Assembly: GCF_963921235.1 (NCBI RefSeq)
Contig: NC_086097.1
Span: 75,332,001-75,396,000 of the forward strand
From: Mobula hypostoma
Lineage: Eukaryota
Length of the DNA stretch: 64,000 bases
Direction of reading: 5' to 3'
Position 1 is the first letter of the stretch; every line of letters starts with the position of its first letter. Shown here in pieces: positions 50,936 through 62,865 of the stretch. A model generated the notes under the pieces. It saw only the letters and a program-made list of their open reading frames with translations, did not search any database and was not told where the DNA came from. Both the position numbers and the translations under genes were made by a program.

Positions 50936-52095
50936 AAAGATTCAAAGATTCAAAGTACATTTATTATCAAGTATGTATGCAGTATGCAACCCTAAGATTC
51001 ACCAGGAAATAAAGAAACATAGTCATAGTCATAGTCAAGTCATAGTCATAGTCATAGTCACACTTTATTGATCCTGGGGGAAATTGGTTTTCATTACAGT
51101 TGCACCATAAATAATAAATAGTAATAGAACCATAAATAGTTAAATAGTAATATGTAAATTATGCCAGTAAATTATGGAATAAGTCCAGGACCAGCCTATC
51201 GGCTCAGGGTGTCTGACCTCCCCCCCACAAGGGAGGAGTTGTAAAGTTTGATGGCCACAGGCAGGAATGACTTCCTATGACGCTCAGTGCTGCATCTCGG
51301 TGGAATGAGTCTCTGGCTGAATGTACTCCTGTGCCCACCCAGTACATTATGTAGTGGATGGGAGACATTGACCAATATGGCATGGAATCTGATCAAAGAA
51401 AACATCAAACACCCAAAGCACAAAAAAAGAAAAATTGTGCAAATGGCAAACAACAAGTGAAAACACAGAACATAAAACATCAAACCACAACGTTGTTGCA
51501 ACAGTCCAGGAACATTCAGTTTAGTTGAGCTCAGTTCGATTTAGCGCTGTGACGTTCGTTGACTGTAGGCCGCAGAGCCAGTCTTCCCCGATCAAAATCG
51601 TACAGAATACCAATTTTAAAAAGAAGTAACCAGAAACCAAAAACACATCATAACATGAACTACAGTCCAATCCATAATCCCCATTGATTACCCCTTACCC
51701 AAGACCCAAGACTCCAGCACTATCAAGCGAGAGGGAGAGAGAGATCGGTCAAACGCAGGCTGATGGCGCTGAACACTTCCTCGTTGATTCCAATCTTGCT
51801 CAACGCTTTAATCGGCAAGGTTGACAAGAAATGGAGTCAATCATGGGCTCATGCCCCATCTGCAGTCTTCTTGGCCTCCAGGCTACACACTCCATTCGAA
51901 ACCTCACCAGACCCCCTCAGCGACAGCAAAGCACCGTGATCACTTAACTGGCCCAAAAACACAGCATCAAAATGTAAATCACAGGATCCAATAGTAATAG
52001 AATCATATTTGGAAAAGAAAAGTAAAAGAAGTAGTTTCATGAACTGTCTGAAAGACATTGCGTTTGGTCGAGTTTTTCACTGGTGCCATCTTCTT
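50936..52095 (-). mobile_element. Non-autonomous LINE-derived element with nested insertion
   Basis: Minus-strand 5' end GAAGAAGATGGCACC and 3' end AATAAATGTACTTT(GAATCTTT)2. Confidence 0.7.
51018..51385 (-). mobile_element. Rex1/Babar-like 3' end with (ACTATG)n tail, nested
   Basis: ORF 51196(-) reads ILVNVSHPLH...FSQRLIPPRCSTERHRKSFLPVAIKLYN. CATAGT repeats at 51018-51061. Confidence 0.9.
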
Positions 52096-52564
52096 CAAAG
52101 ATATACTGTACATCCATCATTTCTATCACTATGCATAATAACTTGCAAAATCATTCTGTGCGTGTTTAGCTAGTTTCCCAGGCAAGTCCTAGACTGGCAG
52201 TCATCTACAGTGCTGACTTATGTGTGGAACCCAGGCTTGTTGGAACCTGTCACCACTATCCCTGGGAGTCAGCTATTGAGATTCTGTACCAGATCAAACC
52301 GGCTATAGGGTACAAGGTCTCATTCTTTTAGGTCATTACGAACCTAAAAAGTAGAACCATAAAGCTCAGTTAAAATCTTATTTTGTCTTGTTTAAGTGTT
52401 TCATTATTTATTTGTGTTTTACATATTTTCATGTTTATTTTTATCCTCTTAACTACATGCAACAATGTTGAAAGTGTTCAAGCATCTTTGTCCATCAGAA
52501 ACATAATGAAGCTGTTAAAAGGTCTTGCAGATTTGGCAGGAGGTGAGGCTTCATTGGCCTACAT

Positions 52565-52920
52565 ATTACAAAACAGAATGAGGCCATTCAGCCCCATGGA
52601 TTCATGTCAGCTCCCAGATGAGAAAATCTATCAATCCCATTTCCTTCCTCCTTAGTTAAATGTTCACTCTCACACCTGCCCATCAATTTGCACCAATTCC
52701 CACCACCATCCAAAGTTGTTTTAGCCACTTGGAATCACAGATCATAAAACTAGGCAGCATGGGAAACAGGCCCCTCATCCCATCTCATCTGTGCCAACCA
52801 AGTTGCCTACCTGGACTAGCCCCATTTGCCCACAACCCTCTTGACCTTTCCTGTTGAGGTGCATGCCTATGTACATGACTGTTGTACTTGGTCCAGCCTC
52901 TACTACTGGTTCTGGCTGCT
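52565..52920 (-). mobile_element. Decayed CR1-type 3' fragments
   Basis: ORF 52775(-) includes PEPVVEAGPSTT. Two GGCC(A)TTCAGCCC-like 3' UTR remnants. Confidence 0.65.
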
Positions 52921-52929
52921 TGGCACCCA

Positions 52930-53095
52930 CACTAAACCTATTCACCTGCCAGTACATCTTCAGGATATGGTGGGAGACAGGACCATGTGGAAGAAACTCA
53001 AATGGTCATAGAGAGAAAATACGACACAGACAGGACCCAGGGTCAGTTTTAAACCTGGTTCCTAGCAGTTCTGAGGCAGCAGCAGTGGACACACA
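52930..53095 (-). mobile_element. V-SINE (HE1-like) remnant
   Basis: Minus strand reads CTGCTGCCTCAGAACTGCTAGGAACCAGGTTTAAAACTGACC...GAGTTTCTTCCACATGGTCCTGTCTCCCACCATATCCTGAAGATGT, a decayed tRNA head plus V-domain. Confidence 0.7.
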
Positions 53096-54207
53096 TTTAT
53101 CCCATGCTTTCCCTCCTATGCTTGGGGCTTATTGCCATCAAGTCCTCATTGTTTGTATCAAGAATGGGGGCATCAACTCATTCTGTATTATTTTTCAGTG
53201 CCTATAACATTATATTCTATATTCTTTATATCCTTTTGTATACCTAGAAATACTTACGTTTGGAATGTTCTGTCTAGATGGCATGCAGACAAAAGCTTTT
53301 CAGTGTAACTGGGTACATGTGACAAGAACAAACCAAATACAGTTTACAAGTTGTGGTTAATGGGTTGGGAACAGAGGTGGCAAGACTGGTGGAAGGCCAA
53401 CTCCTGTGCAATTCAGCTCACAGAACGGAGCGAATTCAGGTGTGTGTGATTGAGTCATCAGGCACAGAGGTAGTCCTTTCAGCCCACACTTTCCTTGCTA
53501 ACCATTGAGTACCCAACTCTACTAATCCCATTCATCAGCACTCGGTCTCTTGGGTTTGAATCAATTGAATATAATAAATGTTTTAAATAGTTCTGTTTAT
53601 TTCTCCTAGTTATTGCAACATGCATACTAGTTAATACAATGTGCATATATTTTGAAACATGTTGATGTCGTGCATAAATCTGTGAAATATTATTTTGCTG
53701 GAAGTGATCACATTTTAGTTTTGCAAGAGACAGATGATTGGTCCTGGAATAGTTTAAAAAACGTCATCTCTGAGAAAGTGGACCTATTCAATCAACTCAA
53801 TCCAAAACAGTCAGAAATCAAATTAATTTAATTTCATCAGCCTGGGAAATTTGAATTTCATCAGATTGGAAGAATGTGGCAAAACCTTTCAATAAGATCA
53901 ACATATCGAGACTGCTTGTAAGTTACATTGGTGCTTTATTATGATGTATATACCTCGGGTTTAGTAGTTTCAGCTGGAAACAGTTTGACATTAGCTCCCT
54001 GTATTTAGAATAGAAACCTAGACAATCACTTGCAGTGCATTTGGGAAAAGAAACCTTTATTGGGTTTAACCCCGCCTGCATGACAGAAAATAAAGGAGGG
54101 AAATACTTTTTAAAACACAGACATGTGTTTAAGTAAGTGAGATAGAATCCCTGAATGTTTGAGAAAGATATGAATTGTGTTTGCAATATTTATTCCCGTA
54201 CTCCACG

Positions 54208-56590
54208 AATCGTCACCTTGTCATGGTGGAAAGGCTTGTGAGTTCCCGAGATCCTGGGAGCAGCGCCATCTAGAGGTTGGCTCCTGGTAGGGTCACCCAT
54301 GATGGTAAGGTCAAGGGGGAGGTTCCAGGTGAAGAGTGATTCAACTCAAGCCTCAGTGAAGCTGGTGGAAGATGATGATACATCACAATGTCAGTGAATG
54401 CGGAGGAAGCCTGTAACAATGAAGGGTCCCCAGTCATATTATACCCCATGCCACTGGACCCTGACATGATAGTTAGGATCCATTCTTTTTCCCACACTCG
54501 GGGAAGAGGCTGGAAAAGGTGTCCTAAAAATAGACTGCCTTGAAACCTCTTGACTGGATTTCTGTGTCCAGAGGGATCACCATATGTGATCAGAAAGAAA
54601 CATAACCTTTGGAGCCAGAAATGTACACACTCTGATAGATGGTGCAACCAGTGGTCAACCTGAGAGGAAAATTGTGATCATCACTAAAGGGCTGAAGAGA
54701 TGATAGGTTGAGCTGGCTAGCTAGCTGTTCTTTCTGTAGCGGTCTGGCAGACGCAAGGCAACTGAGGGAGGAGAAGGGTAGTTACACCTTCTTCTGGAAA
54801 GGGAAAGAAGCTGCCAAGCCCATGGTGTTGCGTTTGCAATAAAGAAGCAGCTTGTCAATCAACTCTCTGAACTTCACATGGGGATCAGTAAACGTCTCAT
54901 GGCAATCTATCTGGAACTTGCCAACAGCAAGATGGCAAGTGTCGTGTGTTTATGCACCGACCTCGCTCACGTGAGTATGAAAAAGAGGCTTTCTACACTT
55001 ACCTAGACATAACACTATTGAGCAAGTCAGGGTTGGTTGGGACTTCAACCTTTGGAAGGGTACCATAGGAAAGAAAGGCATATGCAGTAATAGTAATAAT
55101 ATTAATATTACATTTGCAGTAGTATCAACTCATATGGAGTAATATTTCACAGCATATGTGCTGAGCACAGTCTTATTATGAATACTGTCTTTCACCAGAA
55201 AAACAAATTCAAGGCATCTTAGCAACAATGAGTGTCATCTCATTGAATATGCCATTATCCAAGCTAGGGATTGCCATGATGTGACCTTTTCAGAATGGCA
55301 GGCAGTGACTAGTGGGGTACTGCAAGGCTCAGTGCTGGGACTCCAGTTGTTTACAATATATATTAATGACTTAGACAAGGGATTTAAATGCAGCATCTCC
55401 AAGCTTGCGGATGACACGAAGCTGGGCGGCAGTGTTAGCTGTGAGGAGGATGCTAAGAGGATGCAGGGTGACTTGGATAGGTTGGGTGAGTGGGCAAATT
55501 CATGGCAGATGCAATTTAATGCGGATAAATGTGAGGTTATCCACTTTAGTGGCAAGAACAGGAAAACAGATTATTATCTGAATGGTGGCAGATTAGGAAA
55601 AAGGGAGGTGCAACAAGACCTGGGTGTCATTGTACACCAGTCTTTGAAAGTGGGCATGCAGGTACAGCAGGCGGTGAAAAAGGCGAATGGTATGCTGGCA
55701 TTCATAGCAAGAGGATTCGAGTACAGGAGCAGGGAGGTACTACTGCAGTTGTACAAGACCTAGAGTATTGTGTGCAGTTTTGGTCCCCTAATCTGAGGAA
55801 AGACATTGTTGCCATAGAGGGGGTACAAAGAAGGTTCACCAGATTGACTCCTGGGATGGCAAGACTTTCATATGATGAAAGACTGGATCAACTAGGCTTA
55901 TACTCTCTGGAATTTAGAAGATTGAGGGGGGATCTGATTGAAACGTATAAAATTCTAAAGAGATTGGACAGGCTAGATGCAGGAAGATTGTTCCCGATGT
56001 TGGGGAAGTCCAGATTGAGGGGTCACAGTTTTAGGATAAAGGGGAAGCCTTTTAGGACTGAGATGAGGAAAAACTTCTTCACACAGAGAGTGGTGAATCT
56101 GTGGAATTCTCTGCCACAGGAAACAGTTGAGGCCAGTTCATTGGCTATATTTAAGAGGGAGTTAAGTAAGGCCCTTGTGGCTAAAGGGATCAGGGGGTAT
56201 GGAGAGAAGGCAGGTATAGGGTTCTGAGTTGGATGATCAGCCATGATCGTACTGAATAGTGGTGCAGGCTTGAAGGGCCGAATGGCCTACTCCTGCACCT
56301 ATTTTCTATGTTTCTATGTTTCTATGAATATCACAAGGCCAGTGACTGGCACAGATGACAACTGGACAGATCATCACCTGATCCACTCCACCATGTCTAT
56401 CAGACTCATGAAAAAGAGAAGGGTCCACAAAACTGAAACTGGACAGCCTGCTTGACACTGCCACCCAACAGCACCTTTGCACCTCATTTGCAGAAAAACT
56501 CCAACAGGAATATTGGGAGGATATCAAAGAAGATTGGGTTCTGCTTAGATCCACCATCTTCAATATTTGCAAGAACATCCTGGCAGTAAC
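54208..56590 (+). mobile_element. RTE (BovB/Expander-like) LINE 5' part: 5' UTR plus APE endonuclease, split by a CR1
   Basis: 5' end GTCACCTTGTCATGGTGGAAAGGCTTG...AGGGTCACCCA is BovB-like. APE fragments: QLREEKGSYTFFWKG, HGVAFAIK, GISKRLMAIYLEL, YAPT, and RDCHDV | NITRPVTGTDDNWTDHHLI. Confidence 0.85.
55284..56326 (+). mobile_element. Young CR1 LINE 3' portion with (TTTCTATG)3 tail
   Basis: ORF 55281 (SGVLQGSVLG..LADDTKLGG) and ORF 55772 (FFTQRVVNLWNSLP) are separated by one small deletion near 55760. Confidence 0.96.
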
Positions 56591-56819
56591 AAGCAAAGTG
56601 CTTTGCATGCAAGTATCCTTGTCAACCAACTCGTTCTGCTACCTGAAGAAGTACTCCCTGCATCACAATGTGGGTTCCACACATTGAGAGGTACTGCAGG
56701 CGTGTTGATTTAAAATAGAATTTCTCTATACTTTAAATACATTTTCTGCACTGCCATACATTACTAAGGTTTGATATTTACTGGGAACCACAAAGAGTAC
56801 ATGGGAAAGCCCAGCAAAA

Positions 56820-57485
56820 TCTTCTATAGATGTGTGGTGGAGAGTATATTAACTGGCTGCATCACAGCCTGGTTTGGAAACACCAATACCCTTGGAAAGA
56901 AAATCCTACAAAAAGTAGTGGATATGCTCCAGTCTATCATGGATAAAGCCCTCTCCACCACTAAGCGCATCTACACAGAGTACAGTCACTGGAAAGCAGC
57001 ATCCATCATCAGAGACCCCCACCACCCAGGCCATGCTCTCTTCTCACTGCTGCCCTCAGGAAGAGGGTGCAGGAGCCTCGGGTCTCACACCACCAGGTTC
57101 AGGAACGGTTATTACCTCTTAGAACCATCAGGCTCTTGATCCAGTGAGGTTAACTTCTCTCAATTTCACTCAGACAATCACTGAACTATTCTCACAACCT
57201 ATGGGCTCACTTTCAAGGGCCCTTCTTCTCATGTGCTTGATATTTATCACTTGCTTGCTTGCTTATTTATTTATCTATCTATCTATCTATTTATTTATTT
57301 ATTTTCCTTTTGTATTTGCACAGCTTGTTGTCTTTTGCACAGTGGTTCTTTGCCCTGTTGAGTGCTGTCTTTCATTTATTCTATTATGGCTCTTGGATCT
57401 ACTGAGTATGCCTGCAAGAAAATTAATCTCAGGGTTGTATATGGTGGCATATGTACTTTGATAATAAATTTAAATTGAATTTAGA
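56820..57485 (+). mobile_element. Rex1/Babar-like 3' fragment
   Basis: ORF 56771 reads FYRCVVESILTGCITAWFGN...IIRDPHHPGHALFSLLPSGR. The 3' UTR has a (TATY)n tract and AATAAA. Confidence 0.92.
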
Positions 57486-57499
57486 AAACTCTGAGGACA

Positions 57500-58040
57500 C
57501 AACATGTCTATAAATCTTGAGATCTGACAATTCTAGCACTCTCCTAACCTGCCTTTCATTTACTATCCTCAATCAATTTGAGCCTATCCAAGATTTTACT
57601 GCCAGTATCTTAACTCAAGCTGCACTCATGCACAAGTCCTGTATTAACTCACCTCTGTAATCAGCCCTTGTCTAGCAAAATCTAGATCTCAGTTCACCTC
57701 CCTTTCCCTCTGTGGTTTTATCTGCTGCCTTCCAAATTTTCCACTCCTTTCTTGCTCTGACCTCTTGTACATCCTTGAAATTAGATGATCTAAAATTACT
57801 GGTTGAGGCTTAAGCTGCCAGGGTCGTCTGATCTGGAATTTTCTCCCCAGAATTATTCAGCTTTACTTCACAAATTATTTCTTCAGATGCATCTCTTTAA
57901 GCAAAGCTTTTGTTCATCTCTCCTAATATCTCCTTTGCGTGGCTCAGTATCAAATCAGTTTTTTGTGCGTCAAATTTCTTGTCCAGCAGTTTGTGGGTTC
58001 TACTGTGTTAAATGTGCTTTATAAGTGTAAGCTATTGTTG
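57500..58040 (+). mobile_element. Old L2 3' remnant
   Basis: Ends ...TACTGTGTTAAATGTGCTTTATAAGTGTAAGCTATTGTTG, an L2-type 3' terminus. Confidence 0.6.
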
Positions 58041-58300
58041 TCTGCTGTATCAGTCTCTCAGAAAGTAAATACAAATTGAAGAGAGTTGTCATGTTTTTGT
58101 TTTAATATCAGTTCCAGAAAGCCTGCATGTAGGATAAAAATCAATTTCTCCGAAGCCTTGATTGCGTAATTAAAGCCACACAAGATTGCAGCGAAACCTT
58201 TAAATTGATGGACCTGATATTCCATGGAGCATTGTGATATTTTATGTCACTTGTACCTAGTGCAGAGACAACTTGAATATGCACTCTCCCCTCGAGGGAT

Positions 58301-58467
58301 TTAACCCCCATGTAATGAAGCGGGCTTGCTGAGCTTATTGGGTGGCTTGGACATTATGAAAACTACCTTTAAAAATCCAAGAGTGGGTGCGGTTGATATG
58401 GTGAGGTGACTCTTCAAGCCTGTACATGAGATTGGGCCATTTGGAAGATCTGCCTTCCAGTGTGTGC
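58301..58467 (-). other. Putative host exon with a very strong acceptor
   Basis: Acceptor TTTTATTTTTATGGTCTTTTTGATTCCTTTTTTTTCAG|G. Possible donor AAG|GTAGTT would give exon 58367-58467. Phase 2 reads HTLEGRSSKWPNLMYRLEESPHHINRTHSWIFK; phase 1 is open to 58301. Confidence 0.4.
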
Positions 58468-58617
58468 CTGAAAAAAAAGGAATCAAAAAGACCATAAAAA
58501 TAAAATGCAGTGGGCCTTCAGGGTCCTCCACTTCAGCAGCAAATGAAGGAACATTAAATACCCATGGAGAAATCTTTGTTGAACATTCCATATGATGGAA
58601 TGTTACAAAAGCATTGG

Positions 58618-59425
58618 GAACTGATAGTTGGTTTATTATTGTCACATGCATAGCAGCCATTTCAAAGCATAATACATCAAGGTAGTACAGACAAAAAAAG
58701 CAATAGCAGAATGCAGGATATACTGTTACACTTACAGTTACAGGGAAAGTGAAGCACAGGAAGATAAAAAGGTGCAAGGTTCATGACAAGGCAGACTGAG
58801 AGGTCAAGAGTTCTTCATCCTACCATTCATGATCATTATAACAGCACATCACTGAGCACATTTACATGGAACCCTGCCACATAAAAGCAGCATCCATCAT
58901 CAAAGACACCTACCATCCAGAACATGCTGTGTTCCAGCAACTACCATCGAGCATGAGGTACAGAAGCCTTAGGATCAGGATCAGTTCTTGCCCAACAGCC
59001 ATCAGGATCCTGAAGCGGTGTGGATAACTTCACTCACCACAACTTTGAAATGATTCCACAACCTATAGACTCACTTTCAAGGACTCTGTAATTTATGTTC
59101 TCAGTATTATTTATTTTTTGTTTATACCATTTGACTTATTTTGCACATATTTTTAGGTTTGTGTGTAGTTTTCCATAAATTCTGTTTTATTTCTTCATTT
59201 TCCTGCTAACATATACATACTTTGACTTAGAACAGAGGGACAGAATCTGTCCTTGAGGCTGTTGGTGTGTGTTCTCAAGTCTTTGCATCTTCTCCTTGAT
59301 GGAAGAGTGGTGAAGAGGGAATATCTGGAGTGGGAGGGGTCTTTGATAATGTTAGCTCTTCCTCCCAGACAGCAGGAAGTGTCAGAGTCCATGGAGGGAA
59401 TGCTGGTTTTCATGATGGACTGATA
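58618..59425 (-). mobile_element. Rex1/Babar-like 3' fragment split by a second copy
   Basis: ORF 59195(-) reads ANIIKDPSHSRYSLFTTLPSRRR. The 3' UTR resumes at 58618-58845. Confidence 0.75.
58845..59222 (+). mobile_element. Rex1/Babar-like 3' fragment nested in opposite orientation
   Basis: AAAGCAGCATCCATCATCAAAGACACCTACCATCCAG is similar to 56993-57030. Confidence 0.8.
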
Positions 59426-60986
59426 AGGTGATATATTGCCAACTGATCTGTTTCTTTAGCCTTTTGATGCTCTCTCAAGTCCGTTTTAATTGCCCTTTGT
59501 ACGTATGTACTTGTGATGCTATTGCAAGTCAGTTTTAATTGCTCCTTTGTATGTGTGTAATTGTTCATATGACAATAAACTCAACCTTGACTTTACCAAC
59601 ATCAAGAGTGGTAATATACTGTTTCCTAAAATTTATGGCTGCGCAAGAAATCTGCTGCACAGTTCAACGATTCAGAGTGTGACTAACTCATGTTCTTAAA
59701 GTACTCTACATCATCAACTACACTGATGGTACTTAATTGGAAGCAGACTCTTTAACAGAGTCAAACCAGGAAAGCTCTTGCAATAGTTCTTCCTTTGCCA
59801 GTAGGAAGTATCCCTCATTTGCTAATCATAACCAAGAGCAATTAAACATTACATAATGTCTAGGGGCAAATGTCTATCCCTGGATGGAAATCAGGACATG
59901 GAAAATTGCAGCCACGACTCTGATGCAAGGGTTAAAGTTCTTTCCGAAACGGCCTGAGACTGCATGGAAACAGCCCCCTTCTCTTCCTCCATGTTAGCTG
60001 TCATATGCACCAACCAAATCCCTTTGCAAGCATCTTTTTATCCAAATTTATGCTTTCCTTTGTGGAGGCCCAATTCAATGTTAGTACAAGACACAACAAA
60101 AATTGAGCGCACCAAAAAAGGGTGAAATCCAATTTCTAAGATCATATATTTCATTCGGCATGGAGACTAAATGCACCTAAAAATTCACTGCCTGTGTGAT
60201 CATTTACAGTTTTATTAGTTTCTTAGTATGTCCGTCATTAAAAGCAGCAAATAATAGTACTCAGGCAATCCAAAAAGAAAGAAAATGCATAAAAAGCCCA
60301 TGCTATTTTCCAATGTCAGAAGTATTTTATGGGCTACATGGTGATCTACATTATTAATCCACAGGAAAACAGAGTTTGCTTTTCATTCTCTATGGGTCAA
60401 ATTGATTCCAATGAGACAAGTCACCAATTGAAATCATCTGGTATATATTGTTACATAGAACAGACTGCCATTAATATATTTGAAAGAAACGTATTTCAAG
60501 ATAAAGCACTTAAACAAATTAATTTTCAAGTATTCACCTTCTATCATTTCCAAGTTGACTTAAACTGTGTTATTCTTCCTAATGATATTCTTTGCCACAA
60601 TTAGGATTTTATAGTACTTGTGTAATCGTCACTTGCTTTTGATAAAATTTGAGTCCAAGCAAACTTGCTGTTTCACAGATAAACACTTTGACAGTGGAAC
60701 ACAATGGCCATTTTGAGAGAGTTTTGAAAATTTGTCAGGAGACCTAATGTCACATGTACCGGTAGGGGAAGGGAGTGAATGAGGGAAAAGGTTAGGCTGC
60801 ATTACTATTGGAAGGGTTCAAATAGTCTTCTTCAGATTTGTTTCATGTGCTGTGAACACACTTTCCACTGAAGATGAAGAAGTTGCTTTTAACTTTTTAA
60901 ATTGCTATCTCCTAAGTTAAAGAAAAATCAATGCAGTGATAGACCTTGAAAATCTCCCTCATCATGGCCTTACACCTTACTGCCTT

Positions 60987-61187
60987 AAACACAAGAGATT
61001 CGGCAGATGCTGGAAATCCAAAGTAACACACACAAAATGCTGGAGGAACTCAGGCAGCATCTATGGAGCATAACAACCAGTCAACCTTTCAGGCCGAGGC
61101 CCTTCACCTCAGCCCAAAATAATGACTGTTTATTCCTGACCATTGATGCTGCCAGACCTGCTGAGTTCCTCCAGCATTTTGTGTGTT
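60987..61187. mobile_element. Palindromic PLE-derived MITE-like element
   Basis: Perfect 26-bp inverted arms at 61028-61053 and 61161-61186 surround two decayed head-to-head hammerhead halves. Confidence 0.88.
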
Positions 61188-61194
61188 ATACCTA

Positions 61195-61365
61195 ACTGGC
61201 TGCCTGCATTGCACTTTCCTTGTAACTGGAACACAATATTCTGCATCCTGGTATTGCTTTTCCCTTGTACTACTTCGATATACTGATATTGTGAAATGAT
61301 CTGTATGGATGGCATGCAAATCGAAGTTTATCACTGCATGTGACAATAATAAACCATCTACCAGT
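61195..61365 (+). mobile_element. Rex-like 3' UTR tail fragment (similar to 53205-53345)
   Basis: CTGTATGGATGGCATGCAAA...TGTGACAATAATAAACC is shared with 53270-53335. Confidence 0.65.
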
Positions 61366-61399
61366 TAATGAGTACTTTATCACACACACGTGTCTAGAT

Positions 61400-61740
61400 A
61401 TTGTCGATCCACAGCCTTCTCTTTTAGCGCTAGTGAGGATCAGCCTGGTTCACTTCAGGTTCTGGTCAGTGAGTATCCCTTGGATATTAATGAGGGACTC
61501 AGTAATGCCAGTAAGATGAAGGGGAAGTGTCTGGGCTTTCTCTTACTTGAGATTGTGCTTACCTGTGGAAGGATGTCATTATGTGATGTGAATGTTACCT
61601 GACACTTGTCAGCCCAAGGCTAAATGTTATCCAGGCCTTGCCTGTAGACAGGCAGGTCAATTCTATTATTGGAGTTGCTGTTAATGGAGTTGCACACTAT
61701 AGAATTGCCAGTAACCAAGTCCATGCTTGACAAAGTTAAT
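61400..61740 (-). mobile_element. Old LINE fragment
   Basis: Decayed non-LTR ORF2-like sequence (GTGTGAATGTTAC...CACTTGTCAGCCCAAG-like RT region on the reverse strand). Confidence 0.45.
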
Positions 61741-62619
61741 AATGAACTGTGATTATATTATGCCGAGCTTATGTTTTAAAAACTTATGAAAATGAGGGAA
61801 AGGAAAGCATAAAGGAACTAAGGAGTTGCCCAGCTTTTAGATCCTGATTAAATTTTCATGAGTGTAGAAATTATTTGTTGATTGTTGGTGATTCACTTCT
61901 ACCTAAGCACTTTTGGAGGAGTCCTTTCAACATGTAAGGGTGTGTGACCATGTTACCATTGGCTGGTAATGCGAGCTTACAAGGTACGAATAACACTTCT
62001 TTTTTTAGATGCCTTATTTAGCCTAGTTTTACAGCCATTCTTTATATGCAGAATTTTTTTTAATGGACCAGCAAAATGAAAGTCTAGTAAAGTATGAGTA
62101 GTGAGAGGGAACATTTGCATTGTTCCAATATAAGGTTGCATGAATACCGTTTAGAAAGAATGAAGCAAGCATGGTAAAGCTGACAGGTAGAAAATAATAC
62201 AATTAGGAGGTCGTAAAAAAAGTGTGAAGAAATAAAGGAGTTCGTATTCCATTAGGCTTTTTACATTCTAAGGGTTAGGTTATAGATAGTTTGATCCATT
62301 GATGTTTTCAGTCCCTATCACTCATATACCACTCTCAGTCTCTGACCTCACATTTATTTTTATACCTCTTTTTTGCTTTCTCAAAGCAAAAGTCTATCAA
62401 GCTTCATGTAAAAAAAATCAGCCCCTCACTATTTACTGCACAGTTAAATTACTCGTTCCATTAGTAACCTTAGTCCAGAAGAAGATACCACTCTCCAAGC
62501 TCTGGGTTAGGAATTCCCAAGTTATCCATTACATCTCACTTTATAGATTTAGCTCAAATATTTTGTATTTTATTGGATATCCTCCCACCATAATGGTGAT
62601 ACATGTCTTATATGTACTC

Positions 62620-62865
62620 ACATTTAATGACTCTTCATCACATGTTCTCAGTATTTATTGTTTTCTAGTTTATTATTTTTTTACATTATTGTATTTGCCC
62701 AGCTTGCTGTCTTCTGTATGCTGGTTGAACACCCAGGTTGGTGTGGTCCTTCGTTGATTCTATTATGGTTATTATTCTCATATGGATTTATTGAAATGTC
62801 CAGAAGAAAATTAATCTCGGGGTTGTATATGGTGATGTATAATACATCTACTTTGAACTTTGAAC
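62620..62865 (+). mobile_element. Rex1/Babar 3' UTR fragment
   Basis: Similar to 57215-57485 (AAATTAATCTCGGGGTTGTATATGGTG), with a (CTTTGAA)2 tail. Confidence 0.8.
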
